Shown here piece after piece: positions 52,334 to 61,809 of a stretch of DNA of 64,000 bases; position 1 is the first letter of the stretch; every line of letters begins with the position of its first letter. The stretch lies in the NCBI GenBank assembly GCA_048887225.1, contig JBHLJY010000003.1, positions 174,436-238,435 on the forward strand, written 5' to 3'. The notes under the pieces are model-generated. The model did not search any database. It saw nothing but the letters and a program-made list of their open reading frames with translations, and was not told where the DNA came from. A program made the translations under genes and the position numbers. This DNA comes from Candidatus Hodarchaeota archaeon (GTDB lineage: Archaea > Asgardarchaeota > Lokiarchaeia > Sigyniarchaeales > SOKP01).

Positions 52334-53479
52334 ATGTATAATCCTTTAACGATTTCCATAATTATTGGTTATTTTATAGTTTTTTTTATACACACATTTA
52401 CTTTAGTTCATATTATTCGTCATCATAAAAATTACGGCACATTGTTAAATATAATTTTAATTATGATATTGATTTTTAATACTGGAATATTATATTCTAC
52501 TCTTTTTATTTTTTCTATAATCATCTATCAATCAGAAAGTATTAATATTATGTTATGGAAGTTAACTACTGCTATTGCATTTTTAACATTAGGGCTAATG
52601 GTAATAATTGGTTCTTTTATGATTGAATATAAAAAAATATCAATTTTTCCATTTTTATGTTTTACAGCTCTTTATGGATTTCAAATAGGTCTTTTATTTT
52701 TTTTCGATTCTGTTCAAATTATTCATGAATCTTCTGATACTCCACCTTATTTAATTACAGATACATCGGAGATCAATTTTATTTTTAATTTTTTAACAGG
52801 ATTAGTAACAATCATCTTTCTAATTTTAATTATAATTTATTTTTTATATATAGGGATTCTTTTGTATGCTAAATCAAGAGATAAAAAAGCAATTCAAGGA
52901 TTTTTAATAAATGCAATAATTTTTGGTATTCCTATGATAATATATATACATTATTTAATTTTCCATTTAACTACTTTTAGAGAATTATATATTATATTTC
53001 TCTGGATAAATTCAATTATTTTATGTTTAACGTTAATTAAGAAACCTGAAATGTTTTTCGTGTTAACTAATAAAATTTTTTATCTTAATATTTACCACAA
53101 ATCTGGAATTTTATTATATTCTTATAAATTCGAAAAAGAAGGGATCATAGCTGATTCGGTTATCTGGGGTAATATATTAATCGGAATAAATCATATAATT
53201 TCTGAGTTCATAGGTTCAAGAGATAAAATAGATATGCTTCAGACCAAAAATGCAAAAATTATCGTTAATTATAACAATAAGTATGGATTTGCTGTCTTGG
53301 TTGTAACCAACCAAAAGAATAAAATTTTAGATAATATAATGGTAAATTTTACTAATGATTTTGCAGATCGGTATAAAAGTGAACTATTAGAAATTCAAGA
53401 TTTAAACAAAATAATAAATGTGTCAGAATTTAAAGATACAAAGGCAATTATAGAGGAAAATTTTAAAATTTACCTTTAA
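52334..53479 (+). CDS. 7TM membrane protein with C-terminal longin-like domain (tandem paralog)
   Basis: About 7 TM helices followed by IYHKSGILLYSYKF. Confidence 0.7.
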   Translation: MYNPLTISIIIGYFIVFFIHTFTLVHIIRHHKNYGTLLNIILIMILIFNTGILYSTLFIFSIIIYQSESINIMLWKLTTAIAFLTLGLMVIIGSFMIEYKKISIFPFLCFTALYGFQIGLLFFFDSVQIIHESSDTPPYLITDTSEINFIFNFLTGLVTIIFLILIIIYFLYIGILLYAKSRDKKAIQGFLINAIIFGIPMIIYIHYLIFHLTTFRELYIIFLWINSIILCLTLIKKPEMFFVLTNKIFYLNIYHKSGILLYSYKFEKEGIIADSVIWGNILIGINHIISEFIGSRDKIDMLQTKNAKIIVNYNNKYGFAVLVVTNQKNKILDNIMVNFTNDFADRYKSELLEIQDLNKIINVSEFKDTKAIIEENFKIYL

Positions 53480-53601
53480 AAAGATTAAATTCTCTACATA
53501 GGAGATTTTTCTTCGAGAATTTTTTTTTAGATATATATTCAATCCAAATCTTTCTTGGAGAATCTGTTTTATCTTTTCATCTTAATAGAAAAAAAAAAAT
53601 T

Positions 53602-55218
53602 TTACCAATTTGATTTGTCTTTTAATAGCTTAAAGATATAAGAATCGACAAGAGCATCCCATGAAGCTACGATGATGTTTTCATGAGCTCCAATCGTGCC
53701 CCAAGATCCTTCTTTATCATATGTTTCTGCCAACACACGCACTTTTGAAGCAGTACCTTCCTTATTTATAATTCTCACTTTAAAATCTGATAAATCGATT
53801 TCTTTAATGCTTGGATAAAAATGTATCAAAGCTTTTTTAAGTGCGTTATCAAGGGCATTAACTGGACCATTACCTTCAGCTGCAGTATGATATTCTTTAC
53901 CTTCCACAAAAACTTTAATTGTAGCTTCAGAAATTAAATTATCTTTATACATCTCCGTAAGTACTCTAAATCCTTCTAATTCAAAAAATTTATTTCGATA
54001 ATAATTAGGGTCTTGTATATTCATGTCCATGCTTCTCATAATAATTTCCAACGATCCTTCAGCACCTTCAAAAGAATACCCATAATTTTCTTTTTCTTTT
54101 ATTATTTCAAGAATAGCTGCTACTTTTGGATTATTTTCAGTGAGTGGAATACCAAATTTTTTAGCCATGTGCATTATAGAGCTCCTACCGGCTAATTCTG
54201 ATACTTTTATATTTCGGGAATTCCCTACTAGTTCAGGCTCTATGTGTTCGTAAGTTTTGACATTCTTAAGCATAGCAGAGATATGAATGCCACCTTTATG
54301 TGAAAATGCATTTTTCCCTACAAATGGCTGATCTAGTTCACTGGGTAAATTCGCCATTTCATAAACAAAATGAGAAACTTCGGTTAAGTTTGTAAGATCC
54401 TCGTCTGATACGCAATCAATACCCATCTTTAATTTCAAAATGGGGATTATTGATGTTAGATCAGTATTTCCACATCTTTCGCCAAATCCGTTAATTGTTC
54501 CTTGAATTATTTTTGCACCATCTGCAAAGGCTTTAAGAGCAATTGCATTTGCTAATCCTGAATCGTTATGTGCATGAATCCCTAATGGAAGATTATTTCC
54601 TAAACAATTCTTTACATCAACTAAAATTGAGCTTAATTCGTGAGGAAGTATACCTCCATTAGTATCGCATAATACAATCCAAGAAGCCCCAGCATCTTTA
54701 GCAGTTGTCAGTGTCTTTAAAGCGTATTCTTTATTATCTTTATATCCATCAAAAAAATGTTCAGCGTCGTACATTACTTCTAATCCATTTTGTGTCAGAA
54801 ATTTGACTGTATCATCTATCATTTTTAGATTTTCTTCTAGACTTGTTTCTAACGCTGCTTTAACATGCAATTCCCAGCTCTTTCCAAAGATTGTAGCTCG
54901 GACAATTCCCGTTTTTAAGAGTGCTTGAATATTTTTATCATTTTCAACATTAATATTTTTTCGTCTTGTACTACTAAATTGATAAATTTTAGTGTCATCT
55001 AAATCCATTTTTTTAATTTTTTTTAAGAATTCAATGTCTTTTGGATTAGATCCTGGCCAACCAGCTTCAATCATAGGAATATGTAAATCTTGAATCAATC
55101 TTTCCAATATTCTTAATTTATCTTCTATTGAAAAGGCAATGCCAGTTTTTTGGCACCCTTCTCGAAGAGTTGTGTCATAAATGAATACTTTTTTATCTTC
55201 CAATGCTATATTCACCAA
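53602..55218 (-). CDS. cimA: Citramalate synthase (LeuA/CimA family)
   Basis: DTTLREG, GWPGSNPKD, YDAEHFFDGYK, HAHND, HKGGIH, GNGPVNALD; true start probably TTG 55203 after GGTGA. Confidence 0.9.
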   Translation of the reverse strand: MVNIALEDKKVFIYDTTLREGCQKTGIAFSIEDKLRILERLIQDLHIPMIEAGWPGSNPKDIEFLKKIKKMDLDDTKIYQFSSTRRKNINVENDKNIQALLKTGIVRATIFGKSWELHVKAALETSLEENLKMIDDTVKFLTQNGLEVMYDAEHFFDGYKDNKEYALKTLTTAKDAGASWIVLCDTNGGILPHELSSILVDVKNCLGNNLPLGIHAHNDSGLANAIALKAFADGAKIIQGTINGFGERCGNTDLTSIIPILKLKMGIDCVSDEDLTNLTEVSHFVYEMANLPSELDQPFVGKNAFSHKGGIHISAMLKNVKTYEHIEPELVGNSRNIKVSELAGRSSIMHMAKKFGIPLTENNPKVAAILEIIKEKENYGYSFEGAEGSLEIIMRSMDMNIQDPNYYRNKFFELEGFRVLTEMYKDNLISEATIKVFVEGKEYHTAAEGNGPVNALDNALKKALIHFYPSIKEIDLSDFKVRIINKEGTASKVRVLAETYDKEGSWGTIGAHENIIVASWDALVDSYIFKLLKDKSNW

Positions 55219-55250
55219 ATTATTGAAATTTTTTTTATTATATATCGAAA

Positions 55251-55317
55251 AAGAAATTTTAAACCAGAAGTCGTAAGAAAAGAAAAATCAAATCGCAAAA
55301 AGAGTTTAAAATTTCTT
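55251..55317 (-). promoter_or_regulatory. 14-bp perfect inverted repeat enclosing a U-rich 39-nt spacer in the cimA leader (candidate attenuator)
   Basis: AAGAAATTTTAAAC (55251-55264) and GTTTAAAATTTCTT (55304-55317). Confidence 0.6.
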
Positions 55318-55324
55318 AATGAAA

Positions 55325-55384
55325 TTAAATAATTCCAATAATAGCTATAATACCTATGACATTGATAGGAATTATTTTTTTCAT
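55325..55384 (-). CDS. Ile-rich leader peptide MKKIIPINVIGIIAIIGII upstream of cimA
   Basis: ATG..TAA, 10 of 19 codons are Ile; TATA-like element about 21 nt upstream of the ATG. Confidence 0.75.
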   Translation of the reverse strand: MKKIIPINVIGIIAIIGII

Positions 55385-55514
55385 TAGTTTTACAAAATAA
55401 TTGATTATTTATATTTTTTTTTAAAAATTGGACTATAAAAGAAATAAAAAATAAAATTGCTTTTTTATTTTTAATAAGAGATTTTAAGAAAAATCTTTAT
55501 AATGGTATGTAAAA

Positions 55515-56105
55515 ATGTCAATAAAATTTTGTCCTGAATGTGGGAACAAATTAGATAAAGAAGCAGATTTTTGTAGTTATTGTGGGGCTGATTTAAGAGA
55601 GAGAATTGCTCTAGAAAAAAAAGATAGGCCAACAACTCCAAAAGAAATAACAATTCCACCATCAGAAAAGATTTTAGAACCTAAAAAAGAGGATCTCTCT
55701 CAAAAACAATTAGCCGACTTCCTTCCTAGAATGGGTGCTTTAGTTATCGATTTAATGGCAATTTTAGGAATATCTACAGTAGCTTTCATATTACTTTTTA
55801 GACTTGGTTGGATTTTTATTCTGATCATTGTTCCATTGATAAGTTTTTTCTATTTTTGGATATTGGAAATAATAACAGATGGTCAGACATTAGGCAAAAA
55901 GGCTTTAAGTTTAAGAACAGTGAATGTAAATACGCTTGAACCAGCCGATCCTGGAGATTATTTTTTGAACAATTTGTTTAAATTCACTCCAATTACATTC
56001 ATTATTGATTTAATACTTGGTATTTTTATAAATATAGGAGACTCAAAGAAAAGATTACGACTCATGCAAAATGTATCTAAAACTTGTGTAGTTCGAACTA
56101 AATAA
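55515..56105 (+). CDS. Zinc-ribbon plus RDD family membrane protein
   Basis: FCPECG..FCSYCG; R..A.VID; GQTLGK. Confidence 0.85.
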   Translation: MSIKFCPECGNKLDKEADFCSYCGADLRERIALEKKDRPTTPKEITIPPSEKILEPKKEDLSQKQLADFLPRMGALVIDLMAILGISTVAFILLFRLGWIFILIIVPLISFFYFWILEIITDGQTLGKKALSLRTVNVNTLEPADPGDYFLNNLFKFTPITFIIDLILGIFINIGDSKKRLRLMQNVSKTCVVRTK

Positions 56106-56168
56106 ATAATTTTTTTATTTATCGGTTTTTATTTTCAATATCTGAATTATTTACAAGTATTTTATTAT

Positions 56169-56606
56169 ATGAAGGATAGAAAAATTTCTTCAAAAGAAGA
56201 ATATGCTGAATCATGGAAAAGAATAATCGCTTGGATTATTGATTCTGCAATTATACTCTTAACTACTTGGATTTTCTTTCTATTCGTTTTTCAAATGGAA
56301 ACTTTATTTTATTTTCTATTCCACTTAATTGCTTACTTATTTGGATTTTTTTATTTTTGGCTTTTAGAATCTTACAATAATGGTCAGACTTTAGGTAAAC
56401 TAATTTTTGGCCTAAAAACTGTAAATGAAGAGACATTACGTAAAGCATCTAAAGGAGATTACTTAAAAAACTGCATACTTAAATCTCATTGGCTTTTATG
56501 TATCATTGATGTTATTATTGGTTCTATTAATAATTATGGAGATCCCAAGAATAGATTGCGAATAATGCAAAACGCTTCTCAAACTGTTATTATTAAAGTT
56601 AGATAA
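56169..56606 (+). CDS. RDD family membrane protein (tandem paralog)
   Basis: KRIIAWIID; GQTLGK. Confidence 0.85.
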   Translation: MKDRKISSKEEYAESWKRIIAWIIDSAIILLTTWIFFLFVFQMETLFYFLFHLIAYLFGFFYFWLLESYNNGQTLGKLIFGLKTVNEETLRKASKGDYLKNCILKSHWLLCIIDVIIGSINNYGDPKNRLRIMQNASQTVIIKVR

Positions 56607-56742
56607 TTTCTTTTTCAATTTCTTGTTTTTTTGTAAAAATTACTTTTTTTTCAGCACCTATACATTTTTTAAGGAAGATTTTTATGAATTAAATCAGTGA
56701 ATACATTATAAATTAAAAATAAATTAAGAGAGGTTTTTAAAA

Positions 56743-56955
56743 ATAGAACAAAGCGAATATCAAGATATAGAATGGGCAAATGATTGGAAAATTATTGTAG
56801 AGATATTTGATATTATTGATCGTCTGAAAGTATTATTTAAACGGTTAGATATTTCTTACCTTCGTCAGGTTGAACAAAGGCTCTTGATTTTAAATCTCGA
56901 AAAGTATGCTTATTCATTGCAAAACTACATAATTGAAAAGTATTCTGAAGTTTGA
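56743..56955 (+). CDS. Small helical protein (70 aa, [M]EQSEYQDIEWANDWKIIVEIFD...)
   Basis: Open frame with GAGGT 8 nt upstream of an ATA; protein-like composition; not in the ORF track. Confidence 0.65.
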   Translation: MEQSEYQDIEWANDWKIIVEIFDIIDRLKVLFKRLDISYLRQVEQRLLILNLEKYAYSLQNYIIEKYSEV

Positions 56956-57103
56956 AGGAAATTGAATTAAAATGATATTATTCTTTTAAATTTCTCTTTC
57001 TTCTTAAATTATTATAATAAGATCAATTTTTTTACACTTCAAGGTAATAAAACTCTTTTATAATTTAGATTATAGTTATAGATGTTTCTTTATTTATCTC
57101 TTT

Positions 57104-57256
57104 CTAAGGTGCTGTAAAGATAACAAATATTATACCTATTAAAACACCCATAAAAATAAGAATCAATATTAGAAGTGCTAACCATTCTATTTTATTACTT
57201 TTTTTTCGAACAGTCCTAACAGGACGACTAGGTCTTTTTCGTCTAACATGGCTCAT
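57104..57256 (-). CDS. Small basic protein with C-terminal TM helix (50 aa)
   Basis: MSHVRRKRPSRPVRTVRKKSNKIEWLALLILILIFMGVLIGIIFVIFTAP; ATG 12 nt after the upstream stop. Confidence 0.7.
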   Translation of the reverse strand: MSHVRRKRPSRPVRTVRKKSNKIEWLALLILILIFMGVLIGIIFVIFTAP

Positions 57257-57268
57257 TGTTTTCGACTA

Positions 57269-58021
57269 TTACAGATTATTATCTTTTTTTTTAACTCCTT
57301 TCCCTTCTTTATTTCGATTATCTATCTTTTCAAGAAACTCTGTCAGGACAACATTATTGTAAGAGAAAAGCATTCTTGGAGTATATTTTTCAGTTAAATA
57401 AGGTCCATCTGGGACTTCCTCTTTTAAAGGAAAAATTTTTTTCTCTTTTATTACAGACCCCAAATAATTTCTTTCATATTCTCTATAACCGAATAATTGA
57501 TTTTTAACCAGTACCATTTTCCTTTCATAACCTTCTGGAATTCCTGCTTTTTCTAAAAGTAAAATTATTTTCTCTCTGGATAATTCCTCAAGTATTTCTA
57601 GATCTTCTACAGTTCCAGCATAAGTAGGTCCTTCTACCTGTTCTTTTACCAAATCTGATTCTTTTATTATCCCTGCCCTTATTTTGAATCCTGTCATTTC
57701 GTTGCCTTCGTCAACAGCCGTTATCTTATATCCTATTCCAAATCTATCTCTAATATTTGGCGCAATTTTAGCTGCTATAAATTTCATCCTTGTTGTAGTG
57801 TTGCTTCCATGCCATAACCATACCCGAAAATGTTCATGGTCAACGAATAACAATATAAAATCGGGATCTAATAATTCATATAAAGGAACACCTTCTTCGA
57901 TTTCTAATTCCTCGAATTCTCCCAATTGGTCATTAAATTGAAAAACTATAAGTTTTTCTTCCTTAAATTCAGGTATCTGACCTTTTTTGAAAATTTCTGA
58001 TAGATCTTTATCATTTGTCAT
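57269..58021 (-). CDS. Gelsolin-domain protein with X domain (1DGelX-like)
   Basis: LDPDFILLFVD..VWLWHGSNTT..KF..VDEGNE; IPEGYER...YTPR..EFL. Confidence 0.8.
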   Translation of the reverse strand: MTNDKDLSEIFKKGQIPEFKEEKLIVFQFNDQLGEFEELEIEEGVPLYELLDPDFILLFVDHEHFRVWLWHGSNTTTRMKFIAAKIAPNIRDRFGIGYKITAVDEGNEMTGFKIRAGIIKESDLVKEQVEGPTYAGTVEDLEILEELSREKIILLLEKAGIPEGYERKMVLVKNQLFGYREYERNYLGSVIKEKKIFPLKEEVPDGPYLTEKYTPRMLFSYNNVVLTEFLEKIDNRNKEGKGVKKKDNNL

Positions 58022-58067
58022 GATGTTGCGTAATAATAATGTCCATTTATATTTTAGAATTTCCGTA

Positions 58068-58448
58068 TCATTCTAATCCACAACATTCCTTGAATTCTGA
58101 AGGCTCCTCACCATCATCAATAGAAATGATAGTATAATCAATTCCGTACCTATCTCTTATAGTTGGTGCTAATTGGGCAGCAAGAAACTTCATTCGCGTT
58201 GTTGCGCCTCTCCCCTTCCATACCCAAACTGCTTTATGCTCTGGATCGACAAAAGAAAGTACTAAATCGTGATATAATAATTCTTTTAGAGAGGTGGAAG
58301 GATTAATATCAACTTCATCAAACTTTTCTAATATCGCATTTAACTGAAATACTAAAGTAAATTCTTCTCTTTCTTTATCTGGAATTTCGCTTTTTTCAAT
58401 TTTATTATCTTCAGAGGTTTGTTGTTCGTTTCTCATAGTATTCTTCAA
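58068..58448 (-). CDS. Single gelsolin-domain protein (ProGel-like)
   Basis: VWVWKGRGATTRMKF...IDDGEEPSEF. Confidence 0.8.
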   Translation of the reverse strand: MKNTMRNEQQTSEDNKIEKSEIPDKEREEFTLVFQLNAILEKFDEVDINPSTSLKELLYHDLVLSFVDPEHKAVWVWKGRGATTRMKFLAAQLAPTIRDRYGIDYTIISIDDGEEPSEFKECCGLE

Positions 58449-58520
58449 AAATAATTGTCAATAGTATAATATTAGTTAATTTCTATTATATATTTTTTTT
58501 ACCCTTTTAAAGAAAATAAG

Positions 58521-58605
58521 TGCGGGAAGGGAGATTTGAACTCCCGAACTCCTACGAGACTGGATTCTGAGTCCAGCGCCTTTAACCAGACTTGGCAATT
58601 CCCGC
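58521..58605 (-). tRNA. tRNA-Leu(CAG)
   Basis: 85-nt cloverleaf with long variable arm, CTGGA-CTCAGAA-TCCAG. Confidence 0.95.
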
Positions 58606-58746
58606 ACATAAAGAAAACAACCCTAAATGCATTTAATTTAAATTCCCTTATTAAGCAAATGGTATATAGCTTAATTTAAATTTTAATAATTATTTAATTT
58701 ATATCTTAGTTATAATTCGATTTAACTATAAAGAAATTTTACTGAT

Positions 58747-60900
58747 CTATTTCAATTCAAGCGAATTATCACAATAAGGACAGAAAAGAGGGAATTCTTC
58801 CTCGCAAGACTTTAATTCATCACTACTTAACAATTTTCTCCAACAAATTAAATTTTCCCCTTCTTGAATCATATCTCTTCCATGGTGTTGAGGAAGAATA
58901 TTTTTAATTTTACAAGTTTCACAAACGAGCATTCGTGCCTTGCTATCTAATTTTTCAGAAGGCATTTCTTTGAATTTTGCTTTATATCTTAAAAGTAACA
59001 GACTATTAAAAAGAATAAGGAGAGATACTCCCATATCACCAATCCCAACAGCTAACCATAACGTCATTAAACCAACAACCGTTAAAATTGCGAAAGAAAC
59101 CTTGACGATAATAGAAGTCCATATGTTTTGCTTGATTTTTTTATTAGTTTTTTTTGAAATATCAATATAAGTTAACAATTTCTTTAAATCATCCCCCATA
59201 ATTATAACATCAGCAGTTTCAAGCGTTATATCCGTGGCTGAAGCTCCTATTGCTATACCTAGATCAGATAATGCTAATGCTGGAGCATCGTTAATACCAT
59301 CGCCAACCATAGCAACACCCTTGTATTCTTTTTTCAAATTGTCAATCTCTTTTAGTTTTTGATCGGGTAAAAGTTCACCATAAGCATTAGTTATGTCCAA
59401 ACACTCTCCAATTGTATTACAAACTGCTTGATTATCTCCAGAGATTAATACTGAATCATATCCACGCTTTTTCAAACCATTAACAAGAATAGGTGCAGAA
59501 ATTCTCAATACATCTCTAATTGTGATTATACCTAAAAGTATTTCGCTATTTCCTAATAGAATAGGGATAGTACCGTTTAATTCTATATCATCCAAATCCT
59601 TGATAGGTAATTTATAATTTAATTCTTCAAAAAATCGTTGACTACCTACATAGAATAATTCACCGTTAATTTCTCCCTTTACACCTTTTCCTTTAAACAC
59701 TTCAAAATTATTAACCGAGTATAGAGATAGATTCATTTGATTTGCTTGCTCAACTATTGCTTTTCCGATAGGATGCTCAGAAAGCATTTCTAAACTGGCA
59801 GCAATGCTTAAAATTTCTTTTTTACTTCCTGAATAAGTATATACATCGAAAACTTTCAAGCTTCCCTCAGTCAAAGTACCTGTCTTATCGAAAGCAAAAA
59901 CTTCAATATCATCAACCTTTTCAATGAACTTATTACCTTTCACTAATATCCCTTCTCTTGCTAATTTTGTTAAAGCAGTAATATTGGATAATGGTGTAGA
60001 TAATGTCAAAGCGCAAGGGCAAGATACTACTAAAAGAATTAATCCTCGATAGAACCAAGTATTAAAGTCTAAATTAAAAAATAGCGTTGGGATAATCATT
60101 ACAAGTATAGCGGCAATAATTATGATAGGCGTATAGTATTTTGCGAATTTTTCAATGAATTTTTCATGTTCACTTTTGTTTTGTTGAGCTGTTTTGATGC
60201 TTTCAGCAATTTGAGCTACGATTGTATTAGAACTTTCTCTTAAAACTTCAACATCAACAAAACTATCAGAATTAATACTTGCCGCAAAAATATCATCTCC
60301 TTTTTTCTTAAATACAGGAATTGATTCTCCAGTTATGGCGCTTTCGTCAAAATAAGATTTTCCCTTTACAACAACGCCGTCTAAAGGAGCTTTCATTCCT
60401 GGTTTTATACCAATTATATCACCTGTTTTTACTTCTTTAGCTTCGATTATTTCATATCCATCTTCAATTTTTAATAATGCCTCATCGGGAGCTAATTCAA
60501 GTAATTCTTTAATCGCATTTCTTGACTTCTCGGTTGTTAAATCTTCTAAATGTTCTGCTATAGCATAGAGTAAAATAGCTGTTGCCCCTTCTTGCCCATG
60601 GAGTATAAAAAAAGACGCTACAGCTGCTATGAGCATTAAAATATTTGCAGTGATCTTTTTTCTTGCTATGTCATGAATTGCCTCCTTTACTACCCCATAA
60701 CTTGATAGAAAAATTGAAACGATTGCGAGAATTTGGCTTATCAATACTAATTCTGTCGTAAATTCTAAATAAATCGAGAATGTTAATATTAAAGCGGCTG
60801 GAATTAAAAAGTACCAAAAATGCTCTTCAAAGAATGATTTCTCTACTTCAAGATTTTCATCTAAATCACATGCAGGCTGTGAACAACTTACTAAATCCAT
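58747..60900 (-). CDS. Heavy-metal P1B-type ATPase (Zn/Cd/Pb-like)
   Basis: TGES, SCPC, DKTGT, HP, GDGINDAP. Confidence 0.93.
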   Translation of the reverse strand: MDLVSCSQPACDLDENLEVEKSFFEEHFWYFLIPAALILTFSIYLEFTTELVLISQILAIVSIFLSSYGVVKEAIHDIARKKITANILMLIAAVASFFILHGQEGATAILLYAIAEHLEDLTTEKSRNAIKELLELAPDEALLKIEDGYEIIEAKEVKTGDIIGIKPGMKAPLDGVVVKGKSYFDESAITGESIPVFKKKGDDIFAASINSDSFVDVEVLRESSNTIVAQIAESIKTAQQNKSEHEKFIEKFAKYYTPIIIIAAILVMIIPTLFFNLDFNTWFYRGLILLVVSCPCALTLSTPLSNITALTKLAREGILVKGNKFIEKVDDIEVFAFDKTGTLTEGSLKVFDVYTYSGSKKEILSIAASLEMLSEHPIGKAIVEQANQMNLSLYSVNNFEVFKGKGVKGEINGELFYVGSQRFFEELNYKLPIKDLDDIELNGTIPILLGNSEILLGIITIRDVLRISAPILVNGLKKRGYDSVLISGDNQAVCNTIGECLDITNAYGELLPDQKLKEIDNLKKEYKGVAMVGDGINDAPALALSDLGIAIGASATDITLETADVIIMGDDLKKLLTYIDISKKTNKKIKQNIWTSIIVKVSFAILTVVGLMTLWLAVGIGDMGVSLLILFNSLLLLRYKAKFKEMPSEKLDSKARMLVCETCKIKNILPQHHGRDMIQEGENLICWRKLLSSDELKSCEEEFPLFCPYCDNSLELK

Positions 60901-61080
60901 CTTTCTTAACCTATATGATTATTGTAAAAGAAAGATAAAAAAGCTTCTTTTAATATTTTAAAAATTTAGATGGAAAAAGGATGAGAGTTAAAAAATTTTA
61001 TATGATTTAGATTTTAAATTATAAAAAACATACGCTTGCTATGTTTTTTTTTTAAATAATATTTGAATCATCAAAATTGT

Positions 61081-61755
61081 CTACCAATATTCACTTTCTT
61101 CTTCATTTATAAAATCATCGCGAACATAAACATTCTTACCAAATTCTTCAAATCCAATCCATTTTATGAATTTAATAGAAATATCGTTATCTTTATATAC
61201 TTCACACCTAAGTTCTTTAACATTTTTCTCTTTAAAATAATTCCAAGCAGCCATTCCAATTATGGTTCCTAAGCCTTTTCGCTGAAATGCCGGTATAACG
61301 CCAAGAGCCTCGATAATCCCTAATTCGTTATTATCACCTTCAAAATCCAATATAGCAAATCCAGCGTCTATTCCATCAACTTTAGCAATTAAAAAAACTG
61401 TGTCTGGATCTTCAAAAATTTTAATTAAAGTGTCTATAGCCATAGGCCTAAATGGTATATTTACAGTCAGCCAAGCTTTATTGTAAAGATTCATGATACT
61501 CTCAAGGTCTGCTTCTGTAGCTTCACGTATATCTGCGTGAATAAAATTCTGTCGGATTTTCGCTCTTAATGAATCTGCAAATTTTTTAGTGATTCGATTA
61601 ACAGGCAGTTTCATTTGAATATAAACCATACCTTCTTCAAAGATTTCGTCTCTGATCTCGCTAATTTTTTTGTTTTCATGATGTGGTTTAAGTTTAAAAG
61701 TTGAAAAAAACTCTCTAATTCTTTTCTTCTTAAGGTCTAATTTCTTTGATGACAT
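61081..61755 (-). CDS. GNAT family acetyltransferase
   Basis: IREAT, GVIPAFQRKGLG, N..SIKF...GF. Confidence 0.85.
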   Translation of the reverse strand: MSSKKLDLKKKRIREFFSTFKLKPHHENKKISEIRDEIFEEGMVYIQMKLPVNRITKKFADSLRAKIRQNFIHADIREATEADLESIMNLYNKAWLTVNIPFRPMAIDTLIKIFEDPDTVFLIAKVDGIDAGFAILDFEGDNNELGIIEALGVIPAFQRKGLGTIIGMAAWNYFKEKNVKELRCEVYKDNDISIKFIKWIGFEEFGKNVYVRDDFINEEESEYW

Positions 61756-61809
61756 AGAATTTTTGAAATTTTAATTCAAAATAGAAAAATGAATTCTCTT
61801 TTTTTTTCC

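Noticed and set aside
56953-56970. TGA readthrough of the 70-aa ORF
   Set aside because: Only four more codons before TAA and no SECIS-like structure seen
57104-57256. Sec61-beta identity for the small membrane protein
   Set aside because: Lacks the GL.RY/F..E...KI.P pattern; only size and topology match
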